Positions 29,140-42,161 are shown, counted from the stretch's first letter. The stretch: DNA of 64,000 nucleotides from Eledone cirrhosa (GCA_964016885.1 OZ024740.1:329034001-329098000); one strand, 5' to 3'. Numbers and translations: made by a program. The notes: a model not told the origin generated them from the letters alone.

Positions 29140-29148
29140 AACACATAC

Positions 29149-29238
<90 letters not shown>

Positions 29239-29314
29239 GTATATATATGTATATGTATATATATATGTATATGTATATATATAGTAATAATAATAGATTT
29301 GAAGACTAAAATTG

Positions 29315-29702
<388 letters not shown>

Positions 29703-29726
29703 TCTCTCTCTCCCCCCGTCTCTCTC

Positions 29727-29846
<120 letters not shown>

Positions 29847-29924
29847 CATGTACATACATATATATATATATATTTATATACGTATACATACTTACATATA
29901 TATAAATATATACATATATATATA

Positions 29925-30118
29925 AATAAATTAATAAAAACAATGAATAAAAACAAAGAAACAGTTCCTTATATTAAAAAATTCATCATTTTACGATAGT
30001 TCTAGGATATATATTGTGTGTGTTGGTATGATATCATATAGATCTATGTAAACATTTTACAAACTATCAGAGGAAATATACATACCTACACATATATATG
30101 CTGTCTTCAGAAATAATA
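29925..30118 (-). mobile_element. Solo copy of the long-stem-II HHR terminal repeat (family of 19080-19410)
   Basis: Near-identical reverse complement of 19095-19285. GAAA is reduced to GAA. Confidence 0.85.
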
Positions 30119-30175
30119 TATATATAAAAATATATATATACATATATACATATATATATATATATATTTATATAC

Positions 30176-30563
30176 ATATGGTGGCTGCCAACTCGTTTTC
30201 GAGTACGACCACTACTTTATATCCATGTAGGAGAACTCCTACCGATACGCCTAAACGAGTGTGACTTTTTAGTCCAGCCAGCGATTTGAAAACTCTGGTA
30301 CAAACGCTACACTTGTCACAATTATTGACACTAGTGCTGGGCTCATGGTACCATGTGATAGCAAGTGCAGAGAGATCTCCAGATATAAAGCAATGCCTGT
30401 GCCGTGAAGCTTTTATAGTGAGCAAAGGCACTGCACAAAGCCAGTCCCACTCTCTTAACCAAGATGATATTTACCAAAAGAAGAACAAGTCAACATCATT
30501 GGATACCATCAGAGTTGCAGGTGTTATATCAGAGTTGTCCTTCTCCTAGAATTCTGCCTTGAC
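30176..30563 (-). mobile_element. Degraded RTE-clade LINE 3' end with C2H2-like zinc finger
   Basis: Minus strand KCSVCTRVFKSLAGLKSHTR, with upstream QL*W (LRW) and PLL.YK remnants. Confidence 0.65.
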
Positions 30564-30750
30564 ATATACATACATACATATATATACACATATACATACA
30601 TACATATACATACATACATAATATATACATACATATACATATATACATATATATCATATATACATATATACATATATACATATATACAATATACATATAT
30701 ACATATATATACATATACATACATACATATACATATACATACGTACATAC

Positions 30751-30785
<35 letters not shown>

Positions 30786-30817
30786 CATACATCCATACAT
30801 ATATAGATATAACATCC

Positions 30818-30852
<35 letters not shown>

Positions 30853-30880
30853 GGATGTTATATCTATATATGGATGTATG

Positions 30881-30920
<40 letters not shown>

Positions 30921-30923
<3 letters not shown>

Positions 30924-31109
30924 GAAGGAAATGTGGTAAGGAACCAGGTGGACCATAACGCACCAAAGTACTCAATACTTGAGGTAGTAGAGTGGGTAAT
31001 AGGAACCAGTAAGACCCCGACAGCTGAGCTCAAGCCGTTTCGACGGCTAATTCTGCCGAATTAGCCGTCGAATCGGCTTGAGCTCAGCTGTCGGGGTCTT
31101 ACTGGTTCC

Positions 31110-31112
<3 letters not shown>
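30921..31112. mobile_element. Short TA-embedded element ending in a near-perfect 55-bp-arm hairpin (30999-31112)
   Basis: Arms around a 4-nt loop TGCC, with one mismatch. Family members at 31766-31885 (-) and 40320-40518. Confidence 0.85.
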
Positions 31113-31179
<67 letters not shown>

Positions 31180-31194
31180 GTATATGTATATAAA

Positions 31195-31228
<34 letters not shown>

Positions 31229-31249
31229 AAATAAAATATTAAAAAAAAA

Positions 31250-31563
31250 GAAGACGGCATATATATGTGTTGGTAGTTTGTATAATTTTGTATAATTTTG
31301 TACATAGATCTGTGAATATGCATGCCAATTCTAACACATATATATCCTAGAAACGATCGTTAAATAATGAGCTTTTTTGTTTAATATAAGGAACTGTTTC
31401 ATTGTTTTATTCATTATTTTTAAATATTTTATCTTGACTCTGTATTCCGTTTATCTCTCGCCGAAAGTGATTTTTCATTGCATCTCTTCTTTCCATGATA
31501 TCCGGATTACATTGAGTTCTTCATACGGATTGGACACTACCGTAAACTCTTGGTAGATTTATC

Positions 31564-31565
<2 letters not shown>
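31250..31565 (+). mobile_element. Solo copy of the long-stem-II HHR terminal repeat
   Basis: GAAGACGGCATATATATGTGTTGG...CTAACACATATATATCCTAGAAACGATCGTT, then the GGATTACATTGAGTTCTTCATACGGATTGGACACT block shared with 19356-19390. Confidence 0.8.
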
Positions 31566-31636
<71 letters not shown>

Positions 31637-31637
31637 T

Positions 31638-31719
<82 letters not shown>

Positions 31720-31765
31720 TATGTATATATTTATATACATATATATATATACGTATATAAATATA

Positions 31766-31885
31766 AACGCCTTGAGCTCTGGTCTGGGTCATACATTTTC
31801 CTATTACCCACTCTACTACCCTCAGTATTGAGAAATCTGGTGCCTTATGGTCCATCTGGTTCCTCACCAGAACTCCTTCGTTTTA
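31766..31885 (-). mobile_element. Partial copy of the 30921-31112 family
   Basis: Reverse complement of CGAAGGA..GGAACCAGATGGACCATAA..AGTGGGTAATAGGAA. Confidence 0.8.
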
Positions 31886-31893
31886 TAGATATG

Positions 31894-31978
<85 letters not shown>

Positions 31979-31996
31979 ATATATATTATACATAAT

Positions 31997-32036
<40 letters not shown>

Positions 32037-32077
32037 CGATATTAAATAAATGGAAACTATATTTATAAAACCATATC

Positions 32078-32142
32078 TATTTCATTATATATATTTCAGG
32101 GATATCATATTAACAATATGTTATGCCTTCTTCAGACAAATA
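32078..32142 (-). ncRNA. HHR motif at the 3' end of the left PLE copy
   Basis: Mirror of 39109-39174 with a 1-nt deletion in stem I. Confidence 0.7.
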
Positions 32143-33514
32143 CAATATAGACAGTTTTATAGATAAATAGATTTGACATACCGTTCAACATCGACTTGTA
32201 TTTGAAAAAGTTGATTTGGCAGTGAAAAATTGTAAACAGAAAGAAAGAAAGAAAGAAAGAAAGAAGGAAAGAAAGAAAGAAAACGAAGAAAAAGAAGAAA
32301 AAAGAAGAAATACATGCAACAAAATAGAGAGATGGAAAGATAGATAAAGAGAAGAACTTCATGTAAAGAAACAGAGAGAGATATATAGAGAGAGGAAATA
32401 GATAGAGATAGATATATATAGAGAAAAGTAGGTAGTTGAACATCCGTTGAATGACGTATCAATGATACATTTATTTATTTATTCATTTATTTAGCTCTAG
32501 TATTAATGTAAGGGAGATATATGTGGTTAGGAAAGAAACCAGCCGTTATATAGAGAGAAAAATGAAAAGTAACCAGACATAGGCGAGGCAGAATTTAAAA
32601 ACCCTATGTTTTAATGTAGAAATATTAGTTCGTATAAAAACCAGGCACTATAATGTAAATATCAGTATTCCTGAATGAGACACGTATCTATAATGTGTGA
32701 AAAGTAATGATCTTATGTCTAGTTTTAAAAATTCATATGTTTATATGATAACTACAAACATCGATGTGAATTCACGTGATCAACTCTGCAAACCCCTATT
32801 TCACACGGAGAACATTCTCATTGTGCTATAAAAATTTAAGTATACATATATGTGTATATATACACATATATATAGAGTCTATATTAATTTTAACAATACT
32901 ATTCTTGTCTTTACTCTACATGATTATCTATCAAGCAGAAATAGAGAACAGATTTCAATATATTAATAAAAATATCAGAAACAAAAACAAAAACAAAAAA
33001 TAATAATAATAATAATAATAAAAATAAACAAATAAATAAAATAGAAAACTAAAAAATATTACATATTAAAAATAAAAATATTAAAAATATTAAAAATTAA
33101 AAATATTAAAAAATATTAAAATAATAAAAATAAAAACATAATATGCCACGCAAATCGACCACAAAGATCAACCCTTCAAAATTAATTGACAATATATTGC
33201 CAAGTTCATTATAAGCATCAGAGTCGAAAACAGATAAAGCTAAACATTATTTACCAAATCGCGTCTAGCAGAAATCATTTCAAAAGTTTAGGATGCCCAT
33301 TTGGTCTACATATGTTCTTATATTTAATATAGAAGTTTATCTAGTGTAACGTTTATTCGATATATTTGGAGCATCAACTTTTAGGGTAGTTTAATTTTTC
33401 ATGAAGAATGTTTAAAATAAAAATAAAAATAAAAATAAAAAGAAGAATAAAAAGAAGAAATCGAAAGATTTATCGGCTAGTTTCCCAAATAATTACAAAT
33501 CAAAACTAAATATA

Positions 33515-35746
33515 CTACATTTTAAATTTAAATTTATATTTAAAAGTTGAGTTCAATCTATGTTTGCAGCAACTGAATAAATTTGTCCGTAGATTAAGGG
33601 AATTTTTAGATTTTAGTATAAAGAATATCTCCTCCGCGCAGAGGTCACATGTCTCAGAGGATGAATTAAAAAGAATCCCTCTTGAGACTATATTCCAAGC
33701 CGTCGAATATCTAACGTTATCTTGCCTAAGTTGCCAGAGTACGCCTGATAGTGCTGTTGAAGATTTTTTGCTTGGATCTGTGAAAGAATTCTTGTGGTTA
33801 TTATAGCGAAGTTTAAATTCCGTCGATGTGGAACCGACGTAGTTAAAAGAATTAGAGTCCGTTTTAACATTACAGTTGTATATTATATTTTTAACTAAGC
33901 AGTTGTTATAAGCAGTTGTTATTTAACGGACATTTAGATCTATCTCTACAGTTACATTTGTTAACTTGTATATTATTTATGCTATTATCGCTAGGTTTTA
34001 AGTTCCTATTATTTATTCTATTAATATTTTGTGCTAAATTTTTGGTGGATGAGTAGGTTAATTTTATAGTATGTCTATTGAAAATTGAGTGATACCTATG
34101 TGTTCTAGGGAAGCGATTATCAAGAGCTTTAAAAAATAGTTTAGCGATGTGGGTTTTAATGTTTAGTGAGAAAGGGGGGGGGGGCAAACCATATTATGTT
34201 CCTAGTTCTATTTCTTTTTTGGCTTTTGGAATTATTGTAATGCTTTCTATTATAGTTGTTAAGGTTGTGGCCGTAATTAAAATAGTTGTTATTTTGTTTA
34301 GTTTGTCTATCATTATCTATGTACATAATCTTATCACTATATCCTGCTCTAGCTAATGCTTCATTGTAGTACTGGGCTTTTTCGTCGAAAATCTTTCTAT
34401 TAGACGAGATTCTAGAGATACGTTTTTGAACAGAGTTTACTATAGTGTTTTTGACAGATCTGGGGTGGTTAGAGTTAAAGCTGACATAGTTTAAGTTTTC
34501 ATTCAACTTGTGAAATGGATAGTGAAGACATGTGTTGAGATTTAATGTTATATCTAGGAAATTGACTATTCTATGGTTGTTCTCAATTTCTATTTTTAGA
34601 TTAAAGTAATTAAAAAATTGTGTAATTTGTTTTCTTTTTCTATTTAGTTCAGAGTTATTATTATCAATAAGTAAAAGCATGTCATCTCTATATAAACCTC
34701 CGGTAGTACCAGGTATTTTCCTATGTAGCGAATTGATTAAAAATAAGCCCACAAGGTCAGTTACCTGAGCTGAGTCGGATGATCCCATAGTAATGTCAAA
34801 ATTGCTATCTCTATCTGCTCTGGTCCATAGTTGGTCATTAAATTCTATCAATGTTTTCCTAGCCGATAATATAATGTGCATTTCATTGCTAGTTAGGTCT
34901 GTATGTTTGAATGCGTAATTTAGTGCCTTATTTAGTAGATTAGGGGTAATAGAAGAATAATAGTTAGCAATATCAAGTTGAATAAACTTATTATTATTGT
35001 TATATTTAATTTGCTTAAACCACTCAACAACCTCTCCAGTTCCCTTCCACAAGCTCAGGTTAGGTAAACAATCCAAGTTTTTAATTTGCTGTATCACCCT
35101 GTCAAGAATGTTTTTGCTTAATTTGCCCAGGTCCGATTTTGATGGTGCGATCAATCTAACTGGCAAGTCATTTTCAAAATTCCTTTTGTGATCTTTCATA
35201 TTGATCTTCGGTTTCCTGGGCACGAAAGGTTGTGTTCTGTTCTCAATTTCCAACTCGTGCATTATACAAGATGCTTCAACATTCATTTTCTCAAGCTCGG
35301 CCTTATCTGTTACCTTGTACTTTTTCCTCAGTTCCTTCAGTATGAGGCCATTATACATGTCTTTCTGCACTCCATAGAGGTTGTTGGTCTTGTCAGATTT
35401 CACCAAGATCTTCTCAGTTTTCTCTAAGCTCTCAATATTATCCTTAATGCCTTTCAGATATTCCTGGCCTTTGAAGTTTCTCTTGAATTTGACCCCTTGT
35501 ATGATAGAAATTATATCGTTTTCAAAGTCAGATAAAAGTTTGTTAGGGGGTGGATTTCTTTTAGATTTGAAAACTTTGTTTAAGTCCGGGACATTTTCAT
35601 TTATATTAGATTTATCAAAGTGGAATGCTCGCCACCTGATTCTCCTTATAAAAGAGTCAGATTTATCTATTAATTGTTTTATAAAGTCTTTGTTTCTAGG
35701 TAGAGGAAATGTCTTTTAAAGAGGAAGTAATCTTAAAGAATTCCAT
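33515..35746 (-). pseudogene. PLE RT + GIY-YIG endonuclease ORF (about 738 aa when three indels are repaired)
   Basis: MEFFKITSSLKDI.LP..FIRRIRWRA..VKSDKTNNLY..QLDIANYY..TMGSSDSAQV..YRDD..NFLDITLNL..SNHP..IIWF.PPFS..CNC..CPL..CL..IIY..YVG..CDLC..CCKH. Breaks: +1 near 35708, C-homopolymer near 34180, 13-bp duplication near 33900. Confidence 0.9.
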
Positions 35747-35893
35747 TTTTTCAGTTATAATATAAAGCGCTCAACAGTATTGGAGCAAGATATCAGTTAT
35801 AAATATTTACTAGTTGTAACCCAACAATTTAAATATAACTTTCCATGTATCTTGCTCCAATACTGTTGAGCGCTTTATATTATAACTGAAAAA

Positions 35894-37724
35894 ATGGAAT
35901 TCTTTAAGATTACTTCCTCTTTAAAAGACATACCTCTACATAGCTTGAGACATAGCTTGAGAAAATGAATGTTGAAGCATCTTGTATAATGCACGAGTTG
36001 GAAATTGAGAACAGAACACAACCTTTCGTGCCCAGGAAACCGAAGATCAATATGAAAGATCACAAAAGGAATTTTGAAAATGACTTGCCAGTTAGATTGA
36101 TCGCACCATCAAAATCGGACCTGGGCAAATTAAGCAAAAACATTCTTGACAGGGTGATACAGCAAATTAAAAACTTGGATTGTTTACCTAACCTGAGCTT
36201 GTGGAAGGGAACTGGAGAGGTTGTTGAGTGGTTTAAGCAAATTAAATATAACAATAATAATAAGTTTATTCAACTTGATATTGCTAACTATTATTCTTCT
36301 ATTACCCCTAATCTACTAAATAAGGCACTAAATTACGCATTCAAACATACAGACCTAACTAGCAATGAAATGCACATTATATTATCGGCTAGGAAAACAT
36401 TGATAGAATTTAATGACCAACTATGGACCAGAGCAGATAGAGATAGCAATTTTGACATTACTATGGGATCATCCGACTCAGCTCAGGTAACTGACCTTGT
36501 GGGCTTATTTTTAATCAATTCGCTACATAGGAAAATACCTGGTACTACCGGAGGTTTATATAGAGATGACATGCTTTTACTTATTGATAATAATAACTCT
36601 GAACTAAATAGAAAAAGAAAACAAATTACACAATTTTTTAATTACTTTAATCTAAAAATAGAAATTGAGAACAACCATAGAATAGTCAATTTCCTAGATA
36701 TAACATTAAATCTCAACACATGTCTTCACTATCCATTTCACAAGTTGAATGAAAACTTAAACTATGTCAGCTTTAACTCTAACCACCCCAGATCTGTCAA
36801 AAACACTATAGTAAACTCTGTTCAAAAACGTATCTCTAGAATCTCGTCTAATAGAAAGATTTTCGACGAAAAAGCCCAGTACTACAATGAAGCATTAGCT
36901 AGAGCAGGATATAGTGATAAGATTATGTACATAGATAATGATAGACAAACTAAACAAAATAACAACTATTTTAATTACGGCCACAACCTTAACAACTATA
37001 ATAGAAAGCATTACAATAATTCCAAAAGCCAAAAAAGAAATAGAACTAGGAACACAATATGGTTTGCCCCCCCCCCCCTTTCTCACTAAACATTAAAACC
37101 CACATCGCTAAACTATTTTTTAAAGCTCTTGATAATCGCTTCCCTAGAACACATAGGTATCACTCAATTTTCAATAGACATACTATAAAATTAACCTACT
37201 CATCCACCAAAAATTTAGCACAAAATATTAATAGAATAAATAATAGGAACTTAAAACCTAGCGATAATAGCATAAATAATATACAAGTTAACAAATGTAA
37301 CTGTAGAGATAGATCTAAATGTCCGTTAAATAACAACTGCTTAGTTAAAAATATAATATACAACTGTAATGTTAAAACGGACTCTAATTCTTTTAACTAC
37401 GTCGGTTCCACATCGACGGAATTTAAACTTCGCTATAATAACCACAAGAATTCTTTCACAGATCCAAGCAAAAAATCTTCAACAGCACTATCAGGCGTAC
37501 TCTGGCAACTTAGGCAAGATAACGTTAGATATTCGACGGCTTGGAATATAGTCTCAAGAGGGATTCCTTTTAATTCATCCTCTGAGACATGTGACCTCTG
37601 CGCGGAGGAGATATTCTTTATACTAAAATCTAAAAATTCCCTTAATCTACGGACAAATTTATTCAGTTGCTGCAAACATAGATTGAACTCAACTTTTAAA
37701 TATAAATTTAAATTTAAAATGTAG
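35894..37724 (+). pseudogene. PLE RT + GIY-YIG ORF with ~400-bp N-terminal deletion and a homopolymer frameshift
   Basis: ORFs 35965-37089 (RT, YRDD) and 37059-37724 (NIIY..YVG, CDLC, CCKH). The deletion junction carries a CATAGCTTGAGA duplication at ~35939-35962. Confidence 0.9.
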
Positions 37725-39108
37725 TATATTTAGTTTTGATTTGTAATTATTTGGGAAACTAGCCGATAAATCTTTCGATTTCTTCTTTTTATTCTTCTTT
37801 TTATTTTTATTTTTATTTTTATTTTAAACATTCTTCATGAAAAATTAAACTACCCTAAAAGTTGATGCTCCAAATATATCGAATAAACGTTACACTAGAT
37901 AAACTTCTATATTAAATATAAGAACATATGTAGACCAAATGGGCATCCTAAACTTTTGAAATGATTTCTGCTAGACGCGATTTGGTAAATAATGTTTAGC
38001 TTTATCTGTTTTCGACTCTGATGCTTATAATGAACTTGGCAATATATTGTCAATTAATTTTGAAGGGTTGATCTTTGTGGTCGATTTGCGTGGCATATTA
38101 TGTTTTTATTTTTATTATTTTAATATTTTTTAATATTTTTAATTTTTAATATTTTTAATATTTTTATTTTTAATATGTAATATTTTTTAGTTTTCTATTT
38201 TATTTATTTGTTTATTTTTATTATTATTATTATTATTATTTTTTGTTTTTGTTTTTGTTTCTGATATTTTTATTAATATATTGAAATCTGTTCTCTATTT
38301 CTGCTTGATAGATAATCATGTAGAGTAAAGACAAGAATAGTATTGTTAAAATTAATATAGACTCTATATATATGTGTATATATACACATATATGTATACT
38401 TAAATTTTTATAGCACAATGAGAATGTTCTCCGTGTGAAATAGGGGTTTGCAGAGTTGATCACGTGAATTCACATCGATGTTTGTAGTTATCATATAAAC
38501 ATATGAATTTTTAAAACTAGACATAAGATCATTACTTTTCACACATTATAGATACGTGTCTCATTCAGGAATACTGATATTTACATTATAGTGCCTGGTT
38601 TTTATACGAACTAATATTTCTACATTAAAACATAGGGTTTTTAAATTCTGCCTCGCCTATGTCTGGTTACTTTTCATTTTTCTCTCTATATAACGGCTGG
38701 TTTCTTTCCTAACCACATATATCTCCCTTACATTAATACTAGAGCTAAATAAATGAATAAATAAATAAATGTATCATTGATACGTCATTCAACGGATGTT
38801 CAACTACCTACTTTTCTCTATATATATCTATCTCTATCTATTTCCTCTCTCTATATATCTCTCTCTGTTTCTTTACATGAAGTTCTTCTCTTTATCTATC
38901 TTTCCATCTCTCTATTTTGTTGCATGCATTTCTTCTTTTTTCTTCTTTTTCTTCGTTTTCTTTCTTTCTTTCCTTCTTTCTTTCTTTCCTTCTTTCTTTC
39001 TTTCTTTCTTTCTGTTTACAATTTTTCACTGCCAAATCAACTTTTTCAAATACAAGTCGATGTTGAACGGTATGTCAAATCTATTTATCTATAAAACTGT
39101 CTATATTG

Positions 39109-39174
39109 TATTTTGTCTGAAGAAGGCATAACATATTGTTAATATGATATCCCTGAAATATATATAATGAAATA
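39109..39174 (+). ncRNA. Type-I hammerhead ribozyme motif in PLE 3' terminal region
   Basis: TATTTTGT-CTGAAGA-AGG C ATAACATATT..AATATGATAT C CCT-GAAA-TATATA-TA-ATGAAATA: 8-bp stem I (2 GU), extended stem II, palindromic stem III. Confidence 0.75.
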
Positions 39175-39307
39175 GATATGGTTTTATAAATATAGTTTCC
39201 ATTTATTTAATATCGTAAATATACTCCAAATACTTGTTGAGTGCTTTTATATCAGTTATAAATATTTACTAGTTGTAACCCAACAATTTAAATATAACTT
39301 TCCATAT

Positions 39308-40225
39308 ACAGGAGGGCCCTGTAGAAACAGTAGACAGCTTCTGCTACCTAGGTGACCGAATTAGCAACGGAGGTGGGTGCTCAGAAAGTACAATAACTAG
39401 GGTAAGAACGGGATGGAAGAAGTTTAGGGAACTACTACCACTGCTAGCTGCAAAAGGCTTCTCCCTCAGAATGAAAGGCAGACTGTATGATGCGTGTATC
39501 CGAACAGCGATGTTGCATGGTAGTGAGACCTGGGCGCTGAAGGTGGAAGACTTACGTAGATTAGAGAGAAACGAAGCCTGCATGCTCCGATGGATGTGTA
39601 ACAGTAATATACGTGAACGACAAAGCATAAATGAATTGAGAGAGAGACTGAGCATAAGAGGAATCAAATGCTGCGTGCAGGAGAGGCGGTTACGCTGGTA
39701 TGGACATGTGATGCGTATGAAGGATGACAGCTGCATAAAAAGGTGCAGAGCACTAGAAGTTGATGGAAACCGCGGAGTGGGGAGACCCAAGATGACTTGG
39801 GATGAGGTGATAAAAGCCGACCTTACCCAACTACACCTCTCAAAGTCAATGACACACGACCGTGACTTCTGGCGTCACGCAGTAATACAGGGTACCCGAC
39901 CTCCCATGGGTACATGCTGAAGCATATAAACAATATGCCCCCCCCCCCCCCCCACCGCAAGGTGGTCGTGGAGGTGCCACGGCAAAAAAGCACCCAGCCC
40001 ACACTGTAAAGTGGACGTGTAGGCGCCACGAAAAAGCACCCAGCACTCACTGTAAATGAGGTTGGTGTTAGGAAGGGCATCCAGCTGTAGAAATCAAGCC
40101 AGATCAGTTCCTGTATGAGCAAGGCATGGTCAGCCGACCAGACACTGCCCACAACAGGACAACCCGTCTAACCCATGCTAGCGTGGAAGAACGGACGTAA
40201 AACGGTGATGATGATGATGATGATG

Positions 40226-40227
<2 letters not shown>
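39308..40227 (+). mobile_element. 5'-truncated RTE-clade LINE with 3' UTR and (GAT)n tail
   Basis: VDSFCYLG..WKKF..KGRLY..MLHGSETW..MLRW..RRLRWYGHVMR..GRPKMTW..DRDFWR. The ORF ends at 39920 and the tail GATGATGAT is at 40207-40227. Confidence 0.92.
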
Positions 40228-40303
<76 letters not shown>

Positions 40304-40319
40304 TTATATATATATCTAT

Positions 40320-40514
40320 AAAACGAAGGAGTTCTGGTGAGGAATCAGATGGACCATAACGCACCAGACTATTCAATACTTAGTGTAGTAAAGTGGGTAA
40401 TAGGAAAATGTAGGACCTCGACCAGAGCTCGATGCGTTTCGACGGCTATTTCTGGACCATTACATAAATAGCTGTCGAAACGACTTGAGCTCTGCGGTCG
40501 GAGTCATACATTTT

Positions 40515-40518
<4 letters not shown>
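40320..40518. mobile_element. Older copy of the 30921-31112 hairpin element
   Basis: Same 5' block. Degenerate hairpin TAGGAAAATGTA..GAGCTC..GTTTCGACGGCTATT / AATAGCTGTCGAAAC..GAGCTC..TACATTTTCCTA. Confidence 0.8.
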
Positions 40519-40551
<33 letters not shown>

Positions 40552-40691
40552 AAATTTCGCTCTACATGGCCGAATACAATAAATGAAATCTGAGATTTTC
40601 GAATATTAATAATAACATTCGTTTCGTTTGCAATTTTTGCAAACAACCATCAATTTTATAGCCATGCCAGGAGAATGAACACTTCATTCTT

Positions 40692-40791
40692 GCTCATATG
40701 TTGGCATGCGAACAGAGCTGCAGATACTAATATTTCTGGGTATCACCCTTCATCAGTACAGCTCACTGTTCACTTGCCAAACTGTCAGAGC
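40692..40791 (-). ncRNA. Hammerhead ribozyme with extended, bulged stem I
   Basis: Minus strand: TTGGCAAGTGAACAG(TG)AGCTGTA-CTGATGA-AGGGTGATACCCA-GAAA-TATTAGTA-TC-TGCAGCT CTGTTCGCATGCCAA. The core spans 40715-40764. Confidence 0.82.
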
Positions 40792-42161
40792 TAGTGAAAA
40801 TATATGCAGACACGCACATGTATGCAGACACGCATACATATCTTCCTAGTTGATGGTGTGTAAATTCCAGCGAGTCTTGTATATATGTTAGAAACCGACT
40901 CACTCTCTATTGACAAAAATTTGTGAAATTATAAAACCAGAAGAACATACATATATATATTCCACTGTTCTACTTCTTTATAACGCTCAGTTTGGAAGTT
41001 TCAATCTCCATATTTTTATTTTTCAAATACCCCCAATTCCTTCCTATATTTTGTTTATTTTCTCCTCCATGTCTCCTTCAATCTCTCAGAATGTAGTCTT
41101 AAGCATTTATTATCACCTATTGTCGCTTATCTTTTAATTCAACTAGTGATTGTTTCTCGTTATATTAAGAAATGAGAACAATTAAAGTTGTAATTTTAAT
41201 ATCGTTATATACATTAGTTATTCGAAGGCAACATATTTACAGCTAGGAATCGAACATCGGTGGGGAACATGTGTTGCCAGATTGAATAAGTGTCCCATGT
41301 GGTATCCCTACAAAAATAAATCATTGTTGTCTGCTTCTGTGATGAATAATTCACTTTCACAACATATCGAAATATACATGGATATTTTAAGCAAATAAAT
41401 CAGATTACACACGTTATCTTATAGTTTCTGTTTATAATTAGATTAAAATGTAAAATTAGCTAAAGCAATTACTGTTTCACTTCCTTTCGTCAATCTTTTG
41501 GTTTTAATTTTGTAATTCCCCTTGCAGGATTTTTGAAATTAGTTCGTTGATTAGCTCATTTTATTTGTAAAAATACCTCAAGCAATTTCACTTTCATTCA
41601 AAATTAAATTTAGAACATTTTTATTAGTTTGAAAAATAAACAAATCACAAGTTTAACAATAAACAAATAAGCAAACAAAAATATTGTATTTTTGCCAGAA
41701 GATAAGACTTGAGTAAACTGTAGAATATTATATATGCAAAAAAATGCAAACGTATAAAACATAATCAATGCTTTTTCTCTGAAAGGGATGAAAATATTCT
41801 ATACTTAACATATAACAAAACAAAGGTTGAAGAAAGGAAAAATGTAAAATATAGATAATTTATTTGATTGAAAGTTTATATTATCTAAAAAGTTTATGGA
41901 AAGTGAACTTACGGTAGGAAATCAATTTACCATTACTAATGGAATATGTTATACTGAACCTTGATCTCAAGAGGAATTTGATCGTTTATATTGTCTTTTT
42001 CAAATAAAAGTAAAACTAATTAAAATTTAGATATTAATATATTTGATAGTTCTTTAACTTTCCCCTAACTTAAACAGATTTCATTCATATATTCAGTCAA
42101 TTACATCACGCAAAACGCTATATATCACGAACATTTTATAATATATACTTATATATATATA

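Larger units (their letters stand above)
32035..35792 (-). mobile_element. Naiad-like Penelope-like retroelement, left (minus) copy
   Basis: Reverse complement of 35848-39217 apart from a ~400-bp segment absent in the right copy. Ends in (TA)n at 32035. Confidence 0.93.
35790..39305 (+). mobile_element. Naiad-like PLE, right (plus) copy with 57-bp terminal direct repeat
   Basis: 35790-35846 is identical to 39249-39305 (ATATCAGTTATAAATATTTACTAG...ACTTTCCAT). RT-EN ORF, 1.4-kb 3' UTR, HHR. Confidence 0.93.

Noticed and set aside
37059-37724. Selenoprotein-type Naiad (UGA at Cys positions plus SECIS)
   Set aside because: All conserved Cys positions (CNC, CPL, CL, CDLC, CCKH) are ordinary Cys codons with no in-frame TGA.
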